Assembly (NCBI GenBank): GCA_010015585.1
Contig: ML975155.1
Strand: one strand, 5' to 3'
DNA from: Eremomyces bilateralis CBS 781.70
Lineage: Eukaryota
Length of the DNA stretch: 64,000 nucleotides
Shown here: piece by piece, positions 42,083 through 51,909 of the stretch
Layout of the letters: each line of letters opens with the position of its first letter
How positions within the stretch are numbered: position 1 is the first letter of the stretch
Program-made: the position numbers and the translations under genes
The notes under the pieces: model-generated
What the model was told of the DNA's origin: nothing
What the model saw: only the letters and a program-made list of their open reading frames with translations
The model's database searches: none

Positions 42083-42803
42083 AAGAGATCAAGTTCTGAC
42101 CGAAAATCGGCATACCGTACGATAATAGGGCGGGAATCATGGGTGTTAGATCGACATGGATCAAAATTTTTGGTTGGCGGGGCTGACCGCCGCCGACAGG
42201 GTTCGCCACTTTCGTGGAGAGGGTCCAGCCCACCCATTCATTCGTGAATACGGAATTGGGAGGTTCTGGGGCTGCTGGACGGCTGGACCTGGTCGCTTTG
42301 CGAATGATAAGTTAATTACGGTATCTGCTGCAGTAAGGCAGTTACAGGTATAGAATATCAAACACTAGGCAAAAATAGACCGCTTCTTGCCGCAACTAGG
42401 CGGTTCGTATCGCCGTTGTGCTTCCCCGCCGTCCGAGCGGATTCTGCTGAAAGAGCATGAGGGATCCTTTCTGCCGGCCCACCGCTGCTGGATACCGAGT
42501 TGCAGTGGAGAATGGATTCCGCTCCTCTCCACTCCATACTGTAATCGCACTTTCCGCTCCTCTACTAATGACATCAGAGCTGTCAATAGGGCATTCTTCC
42601 TCACCAAAAGTGTTGACTTCCATTGAGCTTCGGTCAGAAGCCGTTTGGAAGCAGCGTACCTGTCACTGTCTGTCGTAGTGACCCTCTGGTACTTATTTTT
42701 CTTATACCACTCCTCCTTACCAGGCATCGCTTCTGCATCGTCCCTTGTTTCCCTCTCCGCCCCTGGTTTTGGTGAAGGTGTCTGTTCCACCAAGCTGCAC
42801 ATC

Positions 42804-43397
42804 ATGGCCTCCATCTTCTATGGGCGGCCCTTCGCAATTCGGATAGCTCGTGTGGCCTCATTGACGGCATCGGCCACACTTGTCTCCCCATTCTTTTTCC
42901 AACGGCCATTACGGGCGGATTCGCACGCTTCTCCTTTCAATACCCTCCTAGGCAGTCTTCCTCCCAAGGTAGAGCAACGCAGTGATGATGGGATACTCAA
43001 CCGAAAGGTGGTGGGCCAGATTGCGAGTGGTAGCATGCTTGGTAAGGCAAGGACCCAAGTAAAACAAATGAGATATTTACCTTGAAATAGGCGTCATAGG
43101 TGGTCTTGTTATCAGCATCCTTTCCAAACCATTGGCACTACTCTTGGGCCTGTTATTTCTGGGAGAACAGGTATGTTCGCCAAAACGTCCCTGTATGACC
43201 TTGAGACATCTAGCTGACTGGTATTCGAGGCATTGGAACATCATGGCATCAGACTCATTCCCTATGGCCGGATTCAAGGATTCCTCCAGCGGGTCGGTGT
43301 AAAATCAGTGTTTCACGAAAATCCGGCCTTTAAACTCTCCTTTAGTACGACTTTCTTACTAGCTTCCTTCGCAGAGTTCCGGGAACCCCAGTTATGA
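42804..43397 (+). CDS. FUN14-family mitochondrial membrane protein, 2 introns
   Basis: QIASGSMLG|VIGGLVISILSKPLALLLG; ENPAFKLSFSTTFLLASFAEF. Confidence 0.8.
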
Positions 43398-43505
43398 TTA
43401 ACTCTCTGCCGTTGCGAACGTCAAACGGCTCGGTCTGTCAGAAACCTGTAATTGGCAAATGAAGCGGAACAATATCATTAGACGGGTTGCATAGACAAAG
43501 TTTCT

Positions 43506-44942
43506 TTACGTGGCGAATTCACCAACCAGCTCTTCTAGTAACGCTTCTAACTCCTCTTTCCTGAAGGGCACAATGAGCCTCTCTGATCCCGTCGCATCTC
43601 GCTTGCTCTCAATGATTTGATGATCGAAAAATTCCTTGAGCAATGTTCGATACTGATGCTCGTTTGTACAGATGAGCTCTTCAGCAGCCTTCTGGTACAG
43701 CAGCCGGAAATCAACCCCTTCATCCTCTCCTGCGGCTTTGCCACGCTTGTCACCATCCATGATGTCATCTTCATCCTCTTCAGCGCCTGCAATGGTATCT
43801 TCGAGATCGATCGAGGCTGCCAATTGCTCGGCAACGAGGAGGCGAAACAAACTCCTCGCATTGCCCGGAAGACTTCGAAGTACAAAAATGACACCGTCCT
43901 TCCCTCCCAGGCGTTTGCCCATGCGGCCTAATGCCCCGTTCACCATGTCGACGACATCCGTTTCAGCCTCGAATGAGGCAAAAGTTGTGGCATCATGGAA
44001 CACGAACCTGAACTGTTCTCGAAGCCGTTGATCCCAAAGTAAAGGAAACATAGGGGTGTCGCATGTTGCAACGAGAGAGAACCGAGGATGTGCCGCCAGC
44101 ATGCCAAAGAGGTTCTGCACTTTTGGGGAGCGTAAAGGTCGAGCATCGAATGAATTAATGATCAATGTGATGTATGGGAACGAGGCCTTGCCGTGGGATA
44201 ATTGCGTGCCCAGGGCTTCGAGTATGGCCGAAACGAGAGCTACCGGTTGCGTGGGCAGTTTGAGATTCGCAGGAAACAGAATGGTCGCAATCTGACCCAG
44301 AACATCATTGACATTGAGGTCCGGATCGTACCCATTCACCATAACAATCTTCGGGCTGGATCCACGGGAGCGCCAGAGCCTGGCTGCAAAATTCCGCGTC
44401 ACCTGTCGCTTCGACCCGAAGCCGTATAAACAGATGTTGTATCCCGACCGCAACTCCAAATCCCACTGGGCGAAGTTGCGTTTGTGTAACTCGAGAAGGA
44501 AGGTTTTCTCCTCGCCATGGGAATCGCTTTTCTGATCTCGCCGCCACGCTAAGAACTCCTCGTGGTTGAGCAGACGTTGGCTTGGGAAGGTGTTGTTGGA
44601 AGTGCTGGGGCCGGCGCCCTTCGTGTAGTGGAAGAAAAGCTCGTACGGTGGTAGATCTCTCGGAGGTGTGGCCATTCTCTTGTTTTTACTCCCTTTAGGG
44701 CGTCCCCGTCCTCTTTTAGGTGCCGATTTAGCTCCGCCATCATCATCAACTCCATCACTGGAATCGGAGGTATCGTCTGAAGCATGTGCATCCACGCCAT
44801 CGCCACCGGGTGCAACCTCCTGGAGAGCCGGTGTTTCAAGATTCGCAGCCTCAGCCGGATCAATAGAGTCTTGATTTTGAGCTCTATTACCCTCCGATGG
44901 ATGTGTGCTCGCTGCCATGCTTTCTCTTTTTCGTTTCGGCAT
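43506..44942 (-). CDS. ORC2: Origin recognition complex subunit 2, with N-terminal AT-hook
   Basis: FAQWDLEL..GYNICLYGFGSKR; MVNGY; LLWD; FHDATTF; LLKEFFDHQII; KRGRGRPKGSKNK. Confidence 0.92.
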   Translation of the reverse strand: MPKRKRESMAASTHPSEGNRAQNQDSIDPAEAANLETPALQEVAPGGDGVDAHASDDTSDSSDGVDDDGGAKSAPKRGRGRPKGSKNKRMATPPRDLPPYELFFHYTKGAGPSTSNNTFPSQRLLNHEEFLAWRRDQKSDSHGEEKTFLLELHKRNFAQWDLELRSGYNICLYGFGSKRQVTRNFAARLWRSRGSSPKIVMVNGYDPDLNVNDVLGQIATILFPANLKLPTQPVALVSAILEALGTQLSHGKASFPYITLIINSFDARPLRSPKVQNLFGMLAAHPRFSLVATCDTPMFPLLWDQRLREQFRFVFHDATTFASFEAETDVVDMVNGALGRMGKRLGGKDGVIFVLRSLPGNARSLFRLLVAEQLAASIDLEDTIAGAEEDEDDIMDGDKRGKAAGEDEGVDFRLLYQKAAEELICTNEHQYRTLLKEFFDHQIIESKRDATGSERLIVPFRKEELEALLEELVGEFAT

Positions 44943-45420
44943 GGTGATCGAGGTGTGCACTGTATGAAACGGTAGTATGGCACCGATGCCCAATATGACC
45001 AGCTTACATGACGAGAAGACACACGATTCAGGGCTAGCCTGCCTGTGCCAGACTTGTGAGTTACCCCAATAAATATGAATCTGCAGAGTGTTGACTGTTG
45101 AATCGATGTCTCCTTACTCCCGTCTTTGGTCGACAGCACACACGTGACCTCATATCAGGCTAACCCCTTTGGGTCGCAAATTGATACCCAGACGATCACC
45201 ACGTCGATCATTGATGATCATAAAGGCCAGTTTAAAGTAAAGGAAGGTCTTAGAACGCGTGAAAACCGAAAAGGTGATAGGTTCATAAGATTCCTCATTC
45301 TGAGTTTCACTTGCTCACTCCAATAGCTCAGATTAAAGTCTTCTATTCCTCCAGCCGAGCAAACAACCCTCCATCTATCTTATTTGTACGTTGCGACAAG
45401 AGGAAGACGAGTGGCACGTC

Positions 45421-46797
45421 ATGGCATCCGATGTACAAGTCACGAATGGGGCAAGCAAAGACGCTTCAACAGATGGTAAAAACGAAGGAATATCCGAAGG
45501 CAAGTACACCTCATCTAAAGCAAGATCTTTACTAACCATGCCGAGTAGAGGAGATTGCTCTCTACGACCGTCAGATCCGATTATGGGGCATGAAAGCCCA
45601 AGAGAAGTGAGCTACGAAAATCCCAGTTCTTCCTATCCTGTCCTCTAGAGAGACTGACAGGTCATTCTGTCAATTAGGATTCGAACCGCGAATATCCTTC
45701 TCATCACGTGCCGGGCACTTGGGAATGAGATCGCGAAGAACCTAGTGCTCGCCGGAATAGGCTCGATTACGATACTGGATCATGAAGTCGTATCACCAGA
45801 TGATCTTGGTGCCCAATTTCTCATCACGGAGGCGGACATCGGCAAGCCGGTGAGTTTTTCATGCATCACGACACCGAAATCGAACCTCTGTCTAACGCAT
45901 CCCCCCAAGCGAGCCGAAGCTGTTCGCCCCCCCCTTCAAAAAATGAACCCCCGCGTTACCATCACCGCCGACACCTCTATCGCAGCGTTAAAAGACCCTT
46001 CCTTCTACGCCACCTTCACCCTCACCATCGCCACCGACCTCGACTACACGGCCCTCTGCACCATCAACGAAGCCGCCAACTTCAGCGCCCGGCCCTTCTA
46101 TGCCGCCTGCCTCCATGGCCTCTACGGCTTCGCCTTCGCTGACCTCATCACACACGACTACCAAATCGAGCGCCAAGTCCTCTCCACCACCACCCTCCTC
46201 GGCCCCGAAACCCCCTCCCGCACCCTCCTCTCTGTCACCCCGACCCCCTCCACCGGCCCCGGCGCCCCCCACCGCGAAGTCCTCACCAAACGCGAAGTCT
46301 ACTACCCCCTCCGCATCGCCAACTCCTCCCCCCTCCCCCCTACCATCACGCGCCTCGCACGCCGCAAAAAGCAAGTCCCCCCTCTCCTCACCTGCGCGCG
46401 CGCCCTCTTCGAGTTCCAAGCCGCCCACCTCGGTCGCTCCCCCTCGCACGCCGCGGCCGACCTCGCCGCCTTCACCCAGCTGGCGCGCGCCACCCACGAC
46501 ATGCTGAGCCTGCCGCGGGAGACGCTGACGGCGGAGTTCCTGAAGGGGTTCCTGGCGAGCCTGCACGCGGAGGTGGCGCCGGCGGCCGCGTGGGTGGGCG
46601 GGTTCGTGGCGCAGGATGTCATCAACGTGCTGGGGCGGCGGGAGCAGCCGTTGCAGAATTTCGGGGTGTTTGATGGGGAGAGCGGGGAGGCGAGGGTGTT
46701 TGCGTTGCAGCCGATTTTTGAGGCGGAGGGGATGGGGAATGGGATGGCGATGCGACAGGCGGGGGCGCAGGCGTCGACGGATCAAGCGCCTTTGTGA
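45421..46797 (+). CDS. AOS1: SUMO-activating enzyme E1 subunit Aos1/Rad31, 3 introns (first is GC-AG)
   Basis: EEIALYDRQIRLWG; LGNEIAKNLVLAGIGSITILD; DLGAQF; GGFVAQDVINVLGRREQPLQN. Confidence 0.92.
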
Positions 46798-48720
46798 ATT
46801 GAATGGGAGGACAGGAGTTACGGTAGGATGAATTCAACTTGGTCACTGGACTTCGTGCCAGGAAATGGATACACAGGTCGTCTACCAAGACGCAGAGCGT
46901 GGGAGATCGCCCGAACAAGGCTCTACCGAACCATGATCAATTGCACAGCAAAGCACATCAGTGTATTTTGAAAGCTCCTATTGATCTGATATACAGCCGG
47001 TCCCATCTCCCATAGCAACGCTCGCGAATTCAATAGCAGTGAGAATCCATGCCCCCGCTTCCCGTGGAGCTCGCCATTCCCATAACCGCGTGGCATGCCG
47101 TTCCCATCCATCATGTACATGAACCGCATGTCTTCATTACCCATCGCGTGTCCGACCCTCAAGGGGGAAGTGACCGAAAATCCGTTGGAAGAACCGGTCG
47201 AGACGCGCCAAACGCAAGGAAAAGAAGAAAAGGAAAAACAAGGTATTTCAGGAATCCCTGTGTGGTCATCATCCCCCTTCGTCTCCTACCATTTTCCATT
47301 CCGCAACCTTCTCCGCCTCAAAGAGCAGGAATCGCTCAAGTCTCCCGGGACCGGGAGCACAACTTCAATTTAAACAAAGTCATCATTCCATCGTGACACA
47401 TAAACATTATGGGTCCGTCCTATCACCCTGCGCCCCAAGCATCCTTGTCTGGCATAGACGCCCGTTCGGTTCAATACCATTCAAAGCCACCCCCTCCCCT
47501 ATTTGCGCCAAAGGTCCCCGGATGAAAGAAGTGTGGGACAAGAAAGCGCGAGGTATTTTTGGTCGCACAGAAATCTCCAAAACAGGATCAAATCAAAGTA
47601 CGCTTCGCTCGGTTGTTCTGCCGGATCGAGCTGGCCGGCTAGTACGCATACAGCTTGTACACCGCAGTTATTTTCCCGGACGCGAGCCGGATTTCGAAAG
47701 GTGGTAGGTCGGATGAAGAAAACACGGTTGTTCTGGCGGACGTGTGGCCGCATGGAGTAGAGGAGCACAGTTATCGAGCTGGTATACGACCAGGTAGGAT
47801 TGATTCGTTCAAGGTGGTGGTACAAGTGCAGCTGATCTTCCGTTCTCTTTTTTTTGACTTTTTTGATTTTCTCTATTGTCGAACATCGCTAGTTGTTCTC
47901 CCGGGATTGCGCCGGTGGCGGTGGTGGTAGAGTGCAAGAGTCGGATCGAGTACGAAGATTGGTTCGGATAGTTGTTCTCCGGGAATGGTGCCGGTGGGTG
48001 GTAGTACAGATAGGTGAGACGCGTAGTTGGTCTGCCGGATACGCAGCCGGTCAAGGTTCGTTTCGTTCCGAACGAACCTTTTGTGTCATGGTGTTTCGTG
48101 ATGGGTGCAGAAAGAATATGCATGCGGTTCCGTTTGTTCTGGGATGGTCGGCGATGCTAGATAATGGATGCTGCCGGAATGATGAATGCTACGAAAAGAT
48201 GGAGAGGAAGAATAATGCATTGTGTCAGTGGCGTGAGAGGTACCGTACCGGAGTCATGATCCAGGAGTTCGATTGCCGACACAAGAACTTCGTCCAGACC
48301 GTGACATACCGGTTCCCTCAATGTGAACATGCCAGCGCGCTCAGTCCAGGAGTTCAATTGCGGAAGCAAGAACTTCGTCCGAACAAGCACACAGCTGGTT
48401 CGCTTGATAAGACGAGATGATGAAATCCAAAAATGACCCGCCTTCCAACGCAAAATTCCGAGGATCTCACCGCGGTGAGTTCGACTCGTCGGCCGAAAAG
48501 GAAAACCAAACCAAGGAAGTCATCGAAGGACCTCGACCTGGTATCGGCCAACCGAAATTTGTGCGAGGGAGAGGAGTGAACGCCATCCGAGGATAGTCTC
48601 GACCAAGTCGTGAGGAGTCCAATGTCGTGAAAGGTGATGGTGATAAAGAAAGGTGCATCCAATTCGTGTCGCGTCGCATCAACTTCTCATTCGCTCCGCC
48701 GTCGCCTCCCCAGGCGCCCC

Positions 48721-51700
48721 CTACCGAAACGTCGCGCTCCTCCCCATCGGCGGCCGCCTCGCCGGACTCCCATTCTTGGTCACTGCGAACCCGGCGCCCG
48801 CGCGCGCTCCGATGCGCTCGAACCCCTGCATGAGGTCGACGCCCGGCGCGTCCTCGTCGTCCGAGCTGAGGAGGAGGAGGTCCGTCGCGGTGAGGGCGGG
48901 GGGAATGTTTTCCTTGTTGGAGTTGGTGGGTCGGGGGAGGTCGGTGGCGAGGGTGGGCTTGCCGGCTTTGGTGTTGCTGGTGTTGTTGAGGTTCATGGTG
49001 GCGGCAGTCTTCTTCACGGGCGACATTCCCGCGTTGGCGCTGTTGCCGTCGCCATTGTCCCGCTGCCGGTTCGCCGCCTGCTGCAGGTCCTTGAATGAGA
49101 ACCGCGACGACAGCGAGTGGCGCGACTTATGGCTGTTGTGCTGGAATTCTTGCGGGTTGATGAACGGCGGTGGAGCGAGCGGCTTGCTGGCGGTGGCCGA
49201 GCTGCTGGTCGCGGGCCGGTGTTGCTGTGTGGAACCATTACCGATGGCGCGTGTCCAGTCTTTGAGGCCGAGGATCTCAGCGAGGGGGGCTTGGCTGGTG
49301 AGGGCCGTGGGCTCGTCGGTGGATTGAGAGGGGAGCGCCGAGAGGGTTTTGCTGCGTTTCAGGCCAGGACGAGCGGGGGAGAGGCCAGATTTCGGGTGGG
49401 AAATCTGTTGATTCATAGACGCGATGGCCTGCGGGAGAAGAGGTGAGTAGGATTTGAAGGCAGTAAGAGGGTCTTCGTCTTTCAGTCGCTTGGCTTGGCG
49501 GTGGATTTCGAGGAACTGGCGCTTGGCAAGCGGGGAGAATTGACCGTCGATGAACTCCGAGTAGTCCACCTCATGAGCCTTGCGCTTGGTTCCAGCGAGA
49601 GACGACTCGGCTTTGTTGCTGGGTTTCGTCGGGCTTGGCTGGTGCTGGCGGTATGGATCGAAGTTCTTGAGTGAGATGTCGACATCAGGAATCGGGCAAT
49701 TGGCCCGATCGCGGATCGCCTTGGCCAAACCTCCGTTGGGCGTGTCGAAGACGGCCGAGTATTCGTGGTGCAGAGGATACGTGAGGCGGTTATCATCGAC
49801 CGGATAGCCATCTGGTGTGATCTTATCCCACAGCTCACACGGCGACAGTCCGGTCTTGTACTTTTGTATCTCCACGGGGCTCGATGTGTGCTTGACGCTT
49901 TCATTTTCAGCAACAGTTGCCAAAGGCGAGGCTTGGTGAAGCATCCCAGGTGACAGTTGGGGCGCCGGGGCGAAACCGAAAGGGATGTTGGCGAGCTGTT
50001 CGGCGGAGCGGGTGGGGCTCTGGAAGGGGCCGCTTAATTCGTCTAGAACCAGGCCCGCGTGGAACATATCCTGGACCATTTGTCGGTGGATCATCAAGCT
50101 GGTGTGAGGGGAAACCGAAGGAGGCGGGCCAGCAGGCCGCTTGAAGACAACGGGAGGGGTCATTGGTCCGTTCCGTTCCACGTCGGTGTGGGCGTTGCGT
50201 GCCGTCTTCCGCTTCTTGATTGCGGGGCCCTCTGGATGCGATGTAACATTCTCATTCGGTGGAAGGGGTGAGCTTGAGAACTCGTTCAATGAGGGCCATC
50301 GTGCGAATCTACTAACGGGAAGGGACTTGGATGGACTTTCGCCATCATAGCTTCCGCGTCGCATGCGCGCAATCTCCTCTTCGGCGCGCCCCTTTCGCTT
50401 GCTCATGTCTCCCAGGCTGCTGCCCGGATGGCGTTCATTGGGATTGAAACGACGAGCGGACGAGTCGATCGACGAGAAGTAGCCGCTGTCGAGCTTGCGC
50501 TTGCGAGAGGCATGGTGACCTCCCGATCGAGTCGCGGGCGGGAATTGTCCCGATGGCGGCGGTGGAGTTCCACGTCGTGATACTGGTCGCGACAGGGGCT
50601 GGGAGAATGAAACGCGTCGAACATGCGCGTGAACTGGCGGGGGAGGGGACGAGGTGATGGTCTCGATGGGAAGCTCGACGGGAGGAGAAGACCGAAGATG
50701 TTGGGGTCCGCGAGACGCGGTGCGTGCCATCGGTGGTACCTTTGCGTTGCCTCCGAGGTGACAGTTGTCCGGGTCCGACGCGAGAATGGTCGCGTCAGAC
50801 GACGGATCGTCATCCGTCGGAATTTTCGCCGAGTCCATGCGCGTGCTCGGTGGCAGAGCGGTCGAGTTCTTGCGTTGCCTTGGCGGAGCAACGGACTGGC
50901 CGGACGACGATGGACGGGTCGCATGACTGGAGGAAGGACGCACGATATCGTTCTGCGTGGCATTGATGAAACCAATGCTGGTGGAAGCGTCGGTGACGGA
51001 GGCAGTGCGTCGAATCGGTTTTCCCTGCAAGAATTGCTGCTCGTGGCCTGGGGTGATGACCCAATAATGACCTTTGCCCGGGTCGTCCTTGGGTCGATCG
51101 ACCTTCATAAAGGCTTTGCTCAAGCTCAGGTTGTGACGGATCGAATTCTGCCAACCACTCTCGGATGTGCGATAGAAGGAGAAGTTATCGGAGATCCACT
51201 TGTAGATCTGGGCGAGAGTGAGGCGTCGATGAGGTGAACGCAAGATCGCCATGCCAATCATGTTTGCGTAACTGAACGGTGGTTTCTTGCCGTCGTCCTC
51301 GACAGGAGGCATTGCACTGGGATCCGGCAAGGGAAGCGGTTCCCGCGATGCGGTGTTTTTCTGTTTCTTCGACGGTCGTTCACGAAGTGGAGCCGAGTCC
51401 GTCAGAGCGTGCTTGTTGTGGGTTTTCGGGGGAGGGTCCATGGCGCCGTCGAGTCCCATGAAGGAGTCCGATGTGAAGGAGCTCTGGATGTTCTCTTGAT
51501 CCAAGGTGGGATGAGACGGGAATGATCCGTACATGGGAGTTTGGAACGAGGCGGTGGGAGGGTACGAGAGATGGTGCGGAGGTTTCGCGAGTGAGTCGGT
51601 GGAGTGGTTGTTGTTCTGGCTGTGAGGTGGGAATTTGACCATGTTGATGGTGGATTGCGTGAGCTGCTTCAAGGGAGCGGGTTGCGCGGTGGTTGAGTTC

Positions 51701-51909
51701 TTGCGAGGGGCCATGTTACCGGAATGGTCGAATGTGGGTTGAAGATTCATGTGTGGGTGTTCAGATAGGCCTCCCATGGCGTCAATGCCTGCGTAATGTT
51801 GAAGGGAGCTGTAGAATGTCTTATCGTTCACGGCGAAGTTCTCATCCATCACTGGGGACGTGGGGTCCTGATAGATCTCGAGAGGGGCCGCGCCACGCGT
51901 GGCTGCCAT
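48721..51909 (-). CDS. Forkhead transcription factor (Sep1/Hcm1-like), 1062 aa
   Basis: KPPFSYANMIGMAI; LTLAQIYKWISDNFSFY; GWQNSIRHNLSLSKAF; KDDPGKGHYW; KEN box; many SP/TP sites. Confidence 0.92.
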   Translation of the reverse strand: MAATRGAAPLEIYQDPTSPVMDENFAVNDKTFYSSLQHYAGIDAMGGLSEHPHMNLQPTFDHSGNMAPRKNSTTAQPAPLKQLTQSTINMVKFPPHSQNNNHSTDSLAKPPHHLSYPPTASFQTPMYGSFPSHPTLDQENIQSSFTSDSFMGLDGAMDPPPKTHNKHALTDSAPLRERPSKKQKNTASREPLPLPDPSAMPPVEDDGKKPPFSYANMIGMAILRSPHRRLTLAQIYKWISDNFSFYRTSESGWQNSIRHNLSLSKAFMKVDRPKDDPGKGHYWVITPGHEQQFLQGKPIRRTASVTDASTSIGFINATQNDIVRPSSSHATRPSSSGQSVAPPRQRKNSTALPPSTRMDSAKIPTDDDPSSDATILASDPDNCHLGGNAKVPPMARTASRGPQHLRSSPPVELPIETITSSPPPPVHAHVRRVSFSQPLSRPVSRRGTPPPPSGQFPPATRSGGHHASRKRKLDSGYFSSIDSSARRFNPNERHPGSSLGDMSKRKGRAEEEIARMRRGSYDGESPSKSLPVSRFARWPSLNEFSSSPLPPNENVTSHPEGPAIKKRKTARNAHTDVERNGPMTPPVVFKRPAGPPPSVSPHTSLMIHRQMVQDMFHAGLVLDELSGPFQSPTRSAEQLANIPFGFAPAPQLSPGMLHQASPLATVAENESVKHTSSPVEIQKYKTGLSPCELWDKITPDGYPVDDNRLTYPLHHEYSAVFDTPNGGLAKAIRDRANCPIPDVDISLKNFDPYRQHQPSPTKPSNKAESSLAGTKRKAHEVDYSEFIDGQFSPLAKRQFLEIHRQAKRLKDEDPLTAFKSYSPLLPQAIASMNQQISHPKSGLSPARPGLKRSKTLSALPSQSTDEPTALTSQAPLAEILGLKDWTRAIGNGSTQQHRPATSSSATASKPLAPPPFINPQEFQHNSHKSRHSLSSRFSFKDLQQAANRQRDNGDGNSANAGMSPVKKTAATMNLNNTSNTKAGKPTLATDLPRPTNSNKENIPPALTATDLLLLSSDDEDAPGVDLMQGFERIGARAGAGFAVTKNGSPARRPPMGRSATFR

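Noticed and set aside
42365..42814. 149-aa minus ORF as a possible PDX2/SNO partner of PDX1
   Set aside because: No glutaminase motifs, wrong orientation, and it overlaps the FUN14 leader.
45988..46785. 265-aa antisense ORF in AOS1 and similar shadow ORFs in GC-rich genes
   Set aside because: By-product of codon bias on the coding strand.
46900..48700. Many overlapping ORFs between AOS1 and the forkhead gene
   Set aside because: No domain-like content; best explained as long 3' UTR or intergenic DNA.
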